DNA from: Tubulanus polymorphus
Lineage: Eukaryota > Animalia > Nemertea
Direction of reading: 5' to 3'
NCBI RefSeq assembly: GCF_964204645.1
Contig: NC_134031.1
Span: forward strand, 12,650,088-12,714,087
Length of the DNA: 64,000 nt
The position numbers were made by a program, and so were the translations under genes. A model generated the notes under the pieces. It saw only the letters and a list, made by a program, of their open reading frames with translations, was not told the DNA's origin and ran no database searches. Below, one piece after another: positions 1-13,498 of the stretch (positions are counted from its first letter, which is position 1; each line of letters begins with the position of its first letter).

Positions 1-3000
1 TTATTGTAAAAGAAAAATGTAATAGATTTTCTTATATATATATAATTTGACATTTTCAGCGTCCATTTTATGTGTAGGAAAGGTTTTATTTGGATTTCGA
101 TAATCGTTCTGGAAATGTTATAAAGATTCCTTTGACAACGTTCATTTAACTTTGTAGTGAAACGTTGGTTTAACAGCTAAAAAACTTAACAAATGGATGT
201 TATACAAACGTTCTGGTAACGTTTTATTCAAACGTTACAATGTTGTAATTAAACCTTCTTATAACGTCCATTTAACGTTTATTTGCTACCTGTATACTGT
301 ACTTAGCATTGCTACAATTGGGTGCCATATTTCTACAATTTCTACAAGGAGGAAGGAATCTTTAAGTGTCTTTGTTCCCGGGTAGGGTACGGGGTAAAAC
401 CTGGTTTACTTTCTCTTTCGACTTGCCGGAGACTACTATCTGTAATGTATAGCATGCTTTGATGTGTCTGGCCTATAGGAGTCGAACGATATTTTTTTCC
501 CATACACAGGCTTGGCTTTAGTGTAGATGAAGGCTAGGCACTGCACATTGTGGATTGACTGGAACTCTTAACTCACAAAATTAAACGAGTCAACAAGAAA
601 GATCCAATAATTGGACATTTGTCTAACTATATTATTTAACAGCTTGAAATAATACATAACACATTCTGCAAGAGTATACAAAGGAAATCAGTTCTTACAT
701 TATATCAGAATCAATAGTTCACTTAACTCTGGCTAGAATTCTGGTTCCATTGCTTCATATTCTAATGAAATCCACTAGTATACCTTAGAATATCGCTTAG
801 CTTAAGACTAAAAATTTGGTACCAGGAAACAGGGAAGAAAAGTGGGTGTACTGTACATCCGCAATTGACTTATTTCTCTCTGGTTGAATCAAGTTATTAT
901 TGAAATAGCATTCGAATAGCCATTTTATTTTTAAAAATTGTGTCGTTCAGCTATCCTGCTGCAAATTTCGCAGTTGAAGTTTACTGGTGCCATCTGATTT
1001 CTCAGTATCTCAAAAAATTTGCACATTCTAAGCCTGAATCTAAAAATAGAAAAAGGTGCATTTTAGTCGGATATAAAAGAATAGTGGCTAATACACCCTG
1101 GACTATATAGCCTATGGGGTGGGCCTAGTTTGAAAGCACTGAGGTCCGAGAGAACAGCACTTAGTAAATAAATACTGAAATTAAACTTACAAAACACCCA
1201 GTACTTGAGATGATGTACTTGACAAGAAGTGTCACCAGCTAAGCAAATCAACTTTGTCTATGACTCCTCCTTTTATAGATTCAGTAATAGTCTAAAAATA
1301 AGAATCGGTACATTTTTCTAACAGTTGGTATGTCATTTCTTCAAAAAAACTAATTATTATCACGCCACAGCAAATAAATTATTCACAGTTGTTGAATGGT
1401 TAGCCCGATTTAGATTAATTGGTTGACGCTAATCAGTATGACCCATACGTAGGGGCCTACTGCATGCCATTGGCGTCAATCCATTCCATTCCATTCCACA
1501 GTGAATTAAAAGGAAATTTAGTTAGATCCCTTTTGTCCAAAAGCTGCATCATTTATATAACTAGCTGTCAAATTTAATTTACCTCCTTCAGAGAATACCA
1601 TAGTGACATAGTCCGTCGCCCATCAACTTCAACGTGTTGACAAAAGAAAAGTTGCTCCATGTTTTATACATGAACGTTCAAATAAGATATTTTGCGTCTT
1701 GCAGGGAATATTGAGCATAGTGTTTAAGTTGGCTTGCACGGTTTGTGAATGGGTTTTCCTCATTATGCTGCCTGTATGCATTAAAAATCCGGATTTCAAG
1801 CGAATTAATTTGTCCAAAAAGTGCAAAAGGTAGAAAGTTTCTAATGTCCGATCGACAGTACCGGTAGCGCCGCTACTTAGCAATAATAAGAACTAATGTT
1901 ATTGACGATGTTTTGTTAAGTGGAAAGACGCCGAGTACCAGTATATATCCGATAGGTTCGAATCCCCAATTTCTTCGGGATGATTTGATTTTAAGATAGC
2001 GATCGTTTTAATAGATTTGGTGTACCTTATTAAACTTACCCACCGTCAACACACCTGCCGGATGTGAAACAGGGGACGTCCTATTCCAATGACGCTAAAG
2101 ATTTTGTGTGAATTTTATGGTACTGTAACGGCGGTATGAATTAAATTCAGCTTAGACTGAGAGTAAAGTATTTTAAGGCAAACTCTAATGGGCTAACTGC
2201 ACATCGTCGAAAGACTTCTCATCCATCGATACTTGATAAAAATGAAATAAAACATCTAGTTCCAATTATCTCATGTAAGCATAACATTTATTTTGAAAAT
2301 CTCAACCATACATCAAAACATTTTAAAGCCTTCTATATCAAATGCAATCTTTTGCTAACATAAACAATAGACAAATGGCCATATCTCTATCATATTAATT
2401 ATATCACGAATGCTAAATATTGCGATATTAATTGAAATCGTTCAACCAACAAATGAATTTAGTTAACATAATATCATCACAAACCATTCATATCCTTGGC
2501 AAAGGACTTATAAGCTTTTAGAATATCCAAACAGGAAAACTTTAGTCTCATTTCTATGCGAGTAGAAATACATTATCATTATCTTTGCATTATATATAAC
2601 ATCCATATCTGTGCATTATATATATGTTTATAATGTCATATCTCTTAATAATAATCAATCCAATAATTAGATTAATAATACTAATTTATTTATAAATTAA
2701 TAATTGGTAATTAAACTATCAACTCTGCTATAATTGAGTTACACATGAGGTAAAAAAATTATGACATAAAAACTCCTGTCAGAGTAATAGAAGTAACTGT
2801 CTAATACATGAAATAACACATTTTATACAATGAACTGAGCTCTGAATCTGATGAAAATATTCAATCTGAGATCTTACGAATGATGTTATTTTAGCCCTCT
2901 ACTTCTGAAAACTGAATAGCGCGCTGTGAACTTCAACTTCATAACAAATTTGTTGAACAGCAGTGTATCGAAAAACTGTACGTACAGTGTACCGCGAACT

Positions 3001-3260
3001 GAACGCGGCGTCTTCTCACTTAGAAAATTATCGACTTGACAGATTAGTTCGATTTTCGACCGCAGCGGCGCTATACGACATTGGACAAAAGAAACTTTCT
3101 ACCTTTTGCCCAAAAAGTGGCCCTCTAGAAGTATACTCCACACATACTGTCCATGCGTGTCTCTGTAACCGAAGGTAGAGACTAAAACACGGTTCAGGAC
3201 TCGGCAGCGGACACCGGCCCGGAAAATATTTCAAAACGTGTATTGTTGGTACCTAGCACG

Positions 3261-3332
3261 ATTTCAGCGTTTTTCGGGAATTCCCTGAAATTTCGGCGTT
3301 TTTCGGAAATTCCCTGAAATTTCAGCGTTTTT
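3261..3332. repeat. Short tandem repeat, 29-bp unit x~2.5
   Basis: ATTTCAGCGTTTTTCGGGAATTCCCTGAA repeated directly. Confidence 0.8.
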
Positions 3333-3379
3333 ATTTCAGCGTTTCAGTGATTCAGCTTTTTCAGCGAAGTTCAGGAACC

Positions 3380-4400
3380 GCCATTTTCCTCATCAAATCA
3401 TATTACCGATACACTGGAAATTTACTACTTTAGATTTTAAAAGCACTGTCGAGCCGTAAACATCGACGAATCGACGTGTGTTACTACATCGACGTTCCGG
3501 GGATCAGCTGCGAGTTTCTCCTCATCATGAGAATCAAATCGAGTACAAATTAATTTATTACTACCAGTGATTTGGCTGCGGGTTTCAGGGAGTTAGTTTA
3601 ACAATACCTATTTTTCTTTACCGAATTAACCGTGTATTTACTAAGATAAATCTTTAGTGTACCGGGGAATCGTAGGCCTAAACTAAACACGCCGAAGAGA
3701 TATAGCGGAGAAAAGCTGTTATGTCGACGACTGAGGTATCAAAATAAAAAAATGTATTACTTTATTCGGCCGCGGGCTTCAACCTCTATATCAATACCAT
3801 CAATACTCTATATTTCCTACAGTACATACCGATCATTGTCAAATGCACAAGGTATTTACTAAATACAAGTATATAACACACTCCTTTCCGTATGCTGGAC
3901 TCGCACTTGACATTCGGAGTAAGCATTCGCTGTGGGGGAAAGGAGATCGTTCGCTGTGTCGCTTGAAGTGTTTATCGAGTTTTACGCGGCTTTAGGCCTA
4001 CCGGTACTGAGCTTTACTAAACAAACACAGTATAATTATTGCGTTTATTAACGGACTTATTGGATTGAACTTCAAAACAAAATTTACGATATTTAGGTGG
4101 GTTGTTATTCAATTGGCCTACGACCAATCTGTCCAGATTTTAGACCTACGCATATACGTACATAGGTCTACAAAGGCTTGTAGCCTCTACTAGGTTAAAG
4201 CTAAGTTCACTGTAAAGGAGGAATCAAGATTTATTAAAATGCATGTTAATTAGTGATTAACTGGTTGTGACTTGCAACGATCAATCACAATTATCAATTT
4301 TATTGCCAAAAATGAAGATTTTTTTGAAAATTTCGTCTGAGCAGACAGCTTTATAAGCCAGACTTTTCATTTGAGTTTTTTCATCATAAATGAAACTGGT
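3380..4400 (+). repeat. Dispersed repeat module 'D' (internal part of Helentron-like family HINE-F)
   Basis: Reverse-complement copies at 43305-44383, 42760-43040 (partial) and 63445-64000. Confidence 0.85.
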
Positions 4401-5032
4401 ATATCATTAATTTCTTATGATTTATTGCAGGGCGTAGGTCGGCCTTGCGACGGCTTGTGATTCACTGCGACGCCTATCATTATGAGTTTTCTGGTTTGCT
4501 CGGCTACCCGTACTGGCGGGGTAGTCTAGAGAGGCTAATGAAAACTCCGGTTTGCTGAACCACCCCTCTTTGCGGGGATGCGGTATGATGTTTGATCTGA
4601 CAGTTTCAAGTGGTTAATGGCTGTTTCAAGTGCTTACAACGATGCTTATTACTTCGTGGTACATGGTGGTTTAAAAAAAGATTTCATGATAATACGCTCA
4701 CCGCGTGGGCTTCGTAGAAAGACCACTACCTGTGGCCTTCCCAAATTTTAATTGTCCTGTCCGATTTGGTTTCATCTAATTGAGAGACTGCCTTTTCCGG
4801 TTAGGGCTTTTTTGGATCATGTCACTCCAGGAAATGACTTAACGCTTTTGGGCCCCTTCGTCGGTTCCACATGTTTCATTTGAGCTATAGACCACAATGG
4901 TGACACCATGATGGTCAGTAACTGACCAATTGAGATATCCCCGAGTCTGACCACTTGACTTCGAATTTCGGAAATTTATCATGTAATGTTTGTTTTCAAA
5001 CCTCTAAGGAATCATCATTGCAAATTCATCAC

Positions 5033-5280
5033 TGACCATCACTGACCACCAATGACCAATTCAAACTTCTCGAATATGAAAACGATATACCGCGTTATGG
5101 TGTCAAACTAGAAAGGATTCGCTATTGAAAATTCATAAATTGACCATCACTGACCACCACTGACCAATTGAAACTTCTTGAAAGAACGATATACCGGTAC
5201 CACTTTTGGTGTGAAACTAGAAAGGATTCGCCATTAAAATTCATAAATTGACCATCACTGACCACCAGTGAAACTTCTCA
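5033..5280. repeat. Tandem repeat, ~108-bp unit x~2.3
   Basis: Unit TGACCATCACTGACCACC...GTCAAACTAGAAAGGATTCGC...TTCATAAAT recurs at ~5033, 5142 and 5249. Confidence 0.8.
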
Positions 5281-7744
5281 AATATCGTGGTCGAATTCGA
5301 AAGTGCTTGTCGTCGTATTGCTATTTCTAGAAACCAGCAGAAAGTGTTGCTACTGTTTTTGAATGGCGTTGACATGATGAAAATTTATTACCCATAAATG
5401 GGTTACACATCTGGATCACAGCACCTCACTTGCCGCAGTGCGTTATTTTCACTGCATAGTAATGCTAATACATAAACTTGTTTACTACTTGACTCGAATC
5501 ATCTGAACAGTACTGCGTTTGAAAACTCAACGAATAGAAAATGTTTGCGGGAAGCGCCTACAAATAAGTTATAATAAGATTAATTAATCGATGCATGAAA
5601 AACAATTAAATCACAAGGTGACTAACACCCGTCTTTCAACCTATCTGCGCGATACCAATTAATTAGATCATTAAACGCATTGGGTTCCTAATATTTGAAA
5701 TCATGTGATACAATAGTTGTTCTTTAGACTTGGCCACTTTCATTTCAGAAAACCGCGTACTAGACCCGTGGTCACCGAGGCATTAACCATTCCTTCAAGT
5801 TTTGAAAATTCGATGGTAACGTGGATTCTTCGCCTCTAAAAACTGTTTCGTTAATAGTTTTCTTTATATTAAAAGTGTTCATAGGAATTGAAATTTGGAG
5901 CGATATCAGTCACAGCTGTAACCCTTTTTCATTGTCAGTTCTTTTTTGGAATTCAAGTAGATTAGTGAAAATATCAATGATGAAGTTCACTTATTATATC
6001 AAGTACCGTTTTTACTGTCGCATGCGAGACGAAACAAAAACATCTATCCAACTGCATATGTTCGGGTATAAACTGTGATATCCTTCAGTATGTTATGAAT
6101 ATCTTTAAAAATTTGTGTTCTAGTATAATACCCGAAGGTTTAACTATCGGACACATAAAAGATTCGCCATAATCAAAGTTTTTAAGAAAATCTTTCTTCG
6201 AGAAAGAAAGATCTTTAAAAGAACGATTGGCGTCAAACTAATCCATAATGGACTGTTGTGAATTTATTGAATAATCCACCTGAGAAATTTTAAGATTTCG
6301 AAGCGAAATTTATTCATATAAATCAAAAATGCATAAATAACTTGACGTTATTTGCGGGTCTCATGAAACACTTTCGTGCGCTCTTTTTAAATCTAAAATA
6401 GCATAAATACATGCGTGTTTCGTTTATAAACAAGGTTAAATTCCAAACGCACATGAAATATGGAGCCTGTATCTCACACGATATACACATCTTGAATTTT
6501 CTCTAACTACGTAGGCCCTTTCCAAATGGGAATTGTTCAGTTTTTTAACGGCCGACATTCAGAGGCACCTAAAAAACCAGTTGTATAGCACTTGAGATTT
6601 TCAGTGTAGGGCACATCTCACATCGACTCGGCTCGCAGTCGGTTCGTTTAATGGGAACACATCTGGTTGTTACTAGTTTAACAGTTGACGAATTCAGAAA
6701 ACTTTTTTCAAATATCTTTGATAACTTTTTAAACATAGTATTCCTCTTAATTACATTTCGCTGATTCCATAGATATTTTTTCATGAAAATTGCTCCAGTT
6801 ATAACGGATTTAAACATACATGTAAAATGATTATTTTTAAAATATTCAATTTTCTCCGATTTTGAAGAAATTCTGACACAATATCATCTCCACTCGACAC
6901 ATGATTTTACTTCGGCGCCTTTGAAGGGAGTGTCACTTGTTGTTGAGTTCATATTTAGTCAATAAAGAAGATATGCCTGATTCCTTTTTAGAATTTAGAT
7001 TTCGACGGATATCATCAAATTACTAGAAAGGGACAGCAGCTTTCGGTCATCCGCAAAAAATACCTAAAATGCTCTCCTAGGGTTATGGAAAAACATGTCA
7101 CGAAACATACGGAAAATCCTTTGTTTGGTAGACTGAAATTATTGAACTCTTAAATAGCAACATTCAGAGAAACAAAAACATAAGAATATATTCTCGCCCA
7201 CCCTTTAAAAAACAACGTGATTTCAATTGAAGATGACACGAAGCCTCATATCAAATGATATAAACGCATCAGAGCCTATATATTCATTCTCTTTACGAGG
7301 ATGGGTCTCCACATTCATAGGATACGATACGAGATTCGTGGGTACGAATGATGAATACAACTGATAAAGCGCCAATTTCACTGATTCTTGCACATAAAGG
7401 TGTTTTAGAGTAATCTAGTTAACAGGTGTGTTTTATGAGTATTTTGAATTTAATCTCAAATCGGGGTTCATGACGAATATTGAGCATTCTAGGGCTGGAG
7501 CAAGAAACGCGTGGGATCGTCCGCCAATGGTATCACCAAAGAAATAATAAGGAGCCAGTCCGTGGTGGCTATTGAAAGCGACGACCGCATGTGAATGCAT
7601 TGATTGAATGACATCTCAAAAGTCAGATTTTATAAAATTGAAGATGATATATGGATAGGTTATTCAATATATACTGGTAAAAATGATGCCCAATATGTGA
7701 TATAAATGTTCAATTAAAAAGTAGAAACCGAATCCATACTTCAG

Positions 7745-8270
7745 TCTGATATTGTTATAACATCAAACACTCAAATTTAATCCTTTGTTAGATTGGTAGC
7801 CAGTGTAGATGAGCAAGAATAGTGGTCCCTAATTTTAATGTGGACTGTTCAACAAGTTGGAGTTTGTGAAGAGATGAATGAGTTTAAAATGGAGTGGAAT
7901 TTAGATAATACTGTTTGAATGTCTATTACTCAATCTTTTTATTGATCATAAAAAAATGTGGTAAAATATTTGACTCTAGGGTTGGTTTTAGATTGTATCC
8001 CTCCACGCCAGAGGTAATCACGGATATTGGACTACACAAAATTCCTTGTGTACAGCTCAACTTTTTAAATCCCTGGAAAAGCTCGCCACGGATATATCTC
8101 AGTAATGATTAATTTTCCCACAAATTCTCCCCTTCGAAAAACCTAAACAACCAATGTACGCTTGCTCTAAGTTTGCCAATGCACTATTGTTACCTTTTCT
8201 AGCTATTTGCACTAGCTGTTTGTCGCAAATAGATTGCATCCTCTATTACAGGAGTAAAGGATACAGCTCT
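7745..8270 (-). mobile_element. Highly decayed L2/CR1-group LINE ORF2 3' fragment
   Basis: Minus strand at 7756-7830 reads TILAHLHWLPI*QRIKFECLML, resembling the L2-clade C-terminal motif HITPxLxxLHWLPxxxRIxFK. Extent beyond the motif is approximate. Confidence 0.65.
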
Positions 8271-8597
8271 GGGACCCGTTTCTCAAAAGATAGTTTAAAT
8301 TAACCATCATCCAATATGATACAAGACTAAATAAATTGAAAAAGATCAACTATGTACACATTTCAAATTTCAAACCATGTTTTATCATTAGAAAATTACG
8401 ACACAACGTTCGATCTCTCACTAGAGATAATCTTTTTGAATTTGTACACTGAGTTTTCGTATCGTATTATCGTATTTTCAATTCTCTGCTTTTGAGTCAA
8501 CAAGTACAAAGTTATTTTAGCAATGAAAATTGAATTGTCATTATAAATGTTAACTATCCACTGGTAAACTTACTAACTTTTGGCAACTGACCTTAGA
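8270..8597. mobile_element. Possible degraded MITE (Harbinger-like termini)
   Basis: Left end CTGGGACCCGTTTCTCAAAAG and right end CTTTTTGGCAACTGACCTTAG form imperfect inverted termini. Confidence 0.35.
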
Positions 8598-10310
8598 TCG
8601 TGGAATGGTCTCAGGTGGCCTGCTGTTCCACTCTTTATTTATACTACTAAAGAAATATACAGTATAAGACGTAAAAAGTATATGAACATATTATTTATCT
8701 TTATATCGCGATAATTCGTGTACGTATGATTGAAAAACGATATTCTATCGAATCTCATGGTACTTATGATTATTGTGTATTAGCAACCCTCCACGGATAC
8801 GAAGCAGCCTAAGTTTACATCCTACCAAAATTATCCTCGGAACTCTCAGCATTATTTCAAGGGTCGGTCTTAGAAAATATACGAAGGACGTGTTCACAGG
8901 TTAACGAGGCCAAAAATCTTCCCCAAAATTTCAAATTTTTACAAGCAAAGATAATATACTTCATGCTTTTGGTGCAGAAAAAAATACATGTCCACAAAAT
9001 GCAAATTGTGTTTTCAAAGTAAACGATTGAGTGTGGAATTGTTTCGAATTCAAGGTTTTCCCATTAACACTCCGGTTTTTTCAATAAGATAAGTCAAACT
9101 ATTGTTGTGATGGCCAGTTGAATAGTTCATCATTATATTGAAAGATATGTTATACTTAATGCACATTTTCTTAGGACTTACAGCTTTCTCTATTGGTTAG
9201 CGTTGTGATCACTCAAAATTAACCATAAGTTTGAATTCTCACTGATCTACTACATCTCTATAACAAAAATATATTTCATATCAGGCAATTAGCTTTGATC
9301 TGTTGTCAGTGGACAGCAGCTACGAAACATTTTAAACTACTACATTATCATTCCATCTATTCATGTATATGTAATATGATATGATATCTTCTTTGTTCAG
9401 TTTAAAAGTCTTGATCGTAAAAGTTTGACAAGTCTCGCATGTTGGTACCGATACGCACGTTCACGCGAGTGAAATGTGCACGTTACAGGCTCAAATGCGC
9501 ACGTTACAATTACAAATGGAAACGTTGTTCATTCAAAACCCTACGTAAAAATCTTATGCATTTTAGCGGAATTTCAAAGTTAGATCGCTACCTACAACAA
9601 AAATCGGACAAGACTTTTTCAAGCGACAAATTTAAATGTAAGAGCTAGTAGTACCAACGAAGGATTCACTAAACATATAAATTACTTATGGGGGTTCTGG
9701 TTAGCACTGGTAACTGGTCAGTACTGGTCAAGCATTGGTCAGTTAAACAATTTTTAGATTAATGCCCACATCATATCTAGTTATTTGACACCAAACAACT
9801 TAATTGTTTGCAAACAAATAATTTACTATAATGGTCAGTACTGGTCATGCATTGGTCAGTTAAAAGACCATGGTCCACGCCACATTTGTTACCAAACATG
9901 ATTGGATTGTGTCGTTTCGAAAATTTATCTGTTGGGCAATTTGTGGTCAGCCCTGGTTCGTTAGGTTCTTATTTTGCGGGCATTTTATCTCGAACCACCG
10001 AAAGACCGAATCACTAATTAATTCACCAGATCGTTAATTGCTGAAAATGAAGATTAGTGTTTAACTAATAGTCCTTGTCTGAACAAAATGTCTCTGGTAT
10101 GGGTCCTATGGAATCATGTACACCGTACTGTATCTTTGTACTGTATCTTTTTATGTTCACTACTACCGTAATTGACTATGATGTTTTCAAGTGGTCTTAA
10201 GTACCGCTAATAGCCGAAAGTCGTTGATTTATGTGAAATTTACATACAGCGCCACCCGTTGATAGTAAAACTAACCCGAGCAATACGGATGTTAAATAGA
10301 TACGCTAGCA

Positions 10311-11584
10311 AACCGGCATTCTCATAATGTCACTGCGACCGCCAGCGTCGATTGTGTCGCAACGACTCATCGACCTACGCTCCCTTGCGACGGGTTGCGA
10401 CTTTCAGCAACGCCAGTCACAAGGAGTCGCACGTGTTCTACTTTCTGCGACGCGACATGACTGTCACAACCAACCGACCCGCTCTTGCGACTGGCAGAAA
10501 CTAGTCGCATACAGTCGCTGACAATCGTATCGCAACCGACTTGCACCGAAACTTGCGATGCAACGCTAGGATCGCATCGCGTCACAAGGCTGACCTACGT
10601 CCGGCTTTAAGTTACTGCGGAGCCCCAGAAATATCTTTTTTTTTCGTTCAAAAGACCTTTCGCTTGAAAATTCTTTTGTCGGAACAAAATTTGTTTCGTA
10701 CCAACCAATAATATTCTGTTCGATTGAACCAATTCGAAAAAAACGTTAGAACAAAGTTGAACAAACTTTTTTTGTCCAAACGAAAGGTTTTTTGTTCGAA
10801 CAATTGTTCGATTGAACAGAATCGTTTGAATTTGATCAGAATTTTTTTTTCAGAACATTAAGTTTTTCGTTCGAACAAGTATATTGTAAAAAGTTTTTTC
10901 TCCGAACCAAAAGTATTAAGTATTTTGAACAGAATTTTTTTCATTCAAACATTTGTTCGAAAAAATTGTTTATGCTCAACCAAATTTTTTTGCCGGGACA
11001 AAAAGTTTTTCATTTCAACAATAACATAGCTTTCAGAATGAAGAAAAGTTTTGGTTCAAACAAAAAGCGTACAAGATTTTCTTGTCGGATCATTAAGTTT
11101 TTTGGTCGAACAGCGTGTTAATGTCGTTTTGGAAATTTACTCGGTCTGGTATATTTTGGATTACTGTGTATGTCATTTGTCAGGACATTAAACAGAAGAC
11201 GACTTAGGATACTACCTTGCTTGACTCGACTAGTTAGACCGACTTAATCCAAGATGAAGCGTTCCGTTGATTTCGGCTACAAGTTTTCGATGAGATAATG
11301 CTGAGCCATTTCGGCAACCTATCATTGATACTGTTTCCTAATAGCCTTGTTTAGTAATGGCTGATGTTGTACCTTATTAAATGCTTTGTCGAAATCATAA
11401 AGAGTAATTATCGCCTAACAGTCGATTTTCCAGAGTCAAATAGGACATCTCGTTCAGTTGTCCATGGTTTCAAGAAGGTCTAATTGACTGTTTGTCGAGC
11501 TTCCTCTTATAAAACTGTATTAACCATTGAACAGGATTCAAAGACTGTGCAGAAAACCCGTTATCGCTGCTTTGCAGCTATATT
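10311..11584 (+). mobile_element. 3' portion of Helentron-like non-autonomous element HINE-F (TGCGAC-rich module, AT-rich module, captured RT fragment, terminal hairpin)
   Basis: Ends GCAGAAAACCCGTTATCGCTGCTTTGCAGCTATATT (subterminal IR plus GCTGC-TTT-GCAGC hairpin). 10325-10810 matches 42395-42757 and 43125-43310 in reverse; 11080-11584 matches 57318-57695 in reverse. Confidence 0.75.
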
Positions 11585-11769
11585 TTTCTTTTTAATATTT
11601 TTTTGTGCTGGAATTGTAAACAGGTTAACAGGTCTACATTTCATTTTCGGTTATTGGCTAAAATCGACGTGTAGACCTGTTGATCTGAGATCGAATAATA
11701 CAGGACCGAATCACTACTTATTCAACTTGCGCATTGCACTATTTCGTCGTATACTATATACTTGGGCCA

Positions 11770-12270
11770 GATAGACTCGATCCGAACTTAGGTGTAAATA
11801 CACCATCCGAAATTCAAAAACGCGCGGCGAGACTCGGTAAACTATTCTAACATTTCCGCTCACGTTGGGCAAACGAGTACATCACCGCCCTACGTGATAG
11901 GCACTTTGCGTTAAAACAACAAAATAACTCTCAGGAAATCATTCGCATCGGGGACCTCGTGTTGGTCCATGACGACGAGAAAAAAGCGCGTAAACTGGAA
12001 GTGAGCAGTTGTTACTGATCTAAATCGCGGGAAAGATGGTCTCGTGCGATCAGCTCAAATCAAGACTAAAAACAATGTGACTAGTCGTCCTTCGTTAGAG
12101 GTCAATGCCGCCGGTACTGTACGACAGACTGATATCAACCCGGAAGTAAACAATAGTGATACAATAACAAATAGTCCTACGCCTGCCAGACATCGTTCAT
12201 CGAGAACTGCTGCGGTGAATGCTCGGACAAAAATCCAAAATTGGACGGATGACTTATTGTCTCGAGATTA
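11770..12270 (+). mobile_element. BEL/Pao LTR retrotransposon pol C-terminal fragment (DUF5641-like region)
   Basis: Reads HFRSRWANEYITALRDRH...IRIGDLVLVHDD...VVTDLNRGKDGLVRSAQIKT...SRP, with a frameshift. Confidence 0.85.
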
Positions 12271-12655
12271 AATCAACTGTTGGTTAATCAAACGCTCAAT
12301 GACTTTAAATACACTGTATATATGTATAATTTGTATGTAACCCATACTTGCCCCTTTTAAACCTAGGATTTATATCAATTTAGCTCAACTGTTGTTTTTA
12401 TACTTCTATGAACTTTGAGAATATCAGTAATTGTATAGGCTATATCTGTAATGATAATGTTAGTTGTTAGTACCACGTCACCAGATGACGGTTCACATTC
12501 TCATACTTACTTCATTTTATTTTTATTTTACTGAAGCTAGTTAGGACTTTTATAAAACACAACGCAATGGACTGATTAATTTGTTGGTTGACTTCAGATA
12601 AATGTTATATACTTGATATTTTAATCTTTAATTTAGAATAATATGTATAATATAA

Positions 12656-13113
12656 TGGGTCTCCACATCCATAGGATCTCACGGGTCAGTATTTCAAAAT
12701 TGGGTCTTCTCATGAGACAGTATTTAAAATCGGGTCTTCTCACGGGACAGTATTTAAAATCGGGTCCTCTCACGCCACGGGACAGTAACTTGAATCGCGG
12801 GTTCCGTTGCAATATCCTGCGTGAAAAACGTGAATTCATATCCTGTTCCCCTGGCCCTGCAGTAAATAAGGTAAATAAGAATTTATCGGTAGGCTTTTAT
12901 CTATTTATAAATGAAATGAAAATGGAAAATGTAATAATTACAATCGATCGTTGAATTTATTTATTCATAATCGCTTAAGGCAGAATACATAAGAATATTA
13001 GGACTCGAAACCGCTAGCATTGGATTCGACGTTTCATGTAAAAATTCTACATCTGTCCCGTGAGAGGACCCATGTCCCGTCACAGGCCCAGGTCCTCTCA
13101 CGGGACGCTGCAG
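12656..13113. repeat. Direct and inverted repeats of GGGTC(C/T)TCTCACGGGACAG upstream of AGXT (probable DNA-transposon end)
   Basis: 30-31-bp tandem units at 12687-12790, an inverted copy CTGTCCCGTGAGAGGACCC at 13053, and a direct copy at ~13091. Confidence 0.7.
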
Positions 13114-13342
13114 TTTAACTCATATGTCAAGTAGGTTTGAATAACCTCGCAATCAAATTAGGCTAAATCGACTGCATTATCAACGATAGATGGCGACCAC
13201 GGTGCCTTTTTATCGCTGCTTAGCCACTTTGGGGGCGTTTTATCGGGTTTGGCATAATTATTCACCGTGACTTAGAATAGCTGTAGCTAGAGGCCTACGT
13301 AGTCACAGAAATTCAACGAATATCGAATTCTACCACCTGAAA

Positions 13343-13498
13343 ATGGCACAGATAAATGCCCCAGCGCAATGTCTTTTTAATCCCTTAAACTTCCCTAACA
13401 AATTGTTGATGGGCCCAGGTCCAGCGAACTGCCCGCCACGTGTCCTCGCAGCAGGTGCCCTGCCTATACTTGGACACATGCATCCTGAAATGCTGAAG
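13343..13498 (+). CDS. AGXT: Alanine-glyoxylate / serine-pyruvate aminotransferase (class V PLP enzyme), coding exon 1
   Basis: Encodes [52 protein letters not shown], which carries the AGT N-terminal signature (LLxGPGPxNxPPRxxAAGxLxxxGH). It ends at AAG|GTAGGA (phase 0), the same position as human AGXT intron 1. Confidence 0.93.

Noticed and set aside
100-290. AACGTT-rich tract as a regulatory array
   Set aside because: More simply explained as the degenerate subterminal region of a DNA transposon truncated by the window edge.
690-1700. Several minus-strand splice-like signals suggesting a divergent neighbouring gene
   Set aside because: The candidate exons contain stops and give no recognisable protein.
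1905-1975. tRNA-like A/B-box (GGTTCGAATCCC); similar B-boxes near 30740, 33103, 42013 and 45132
   Set aside because: No cloverleaf can be built; at most these are SINE or TE relics.
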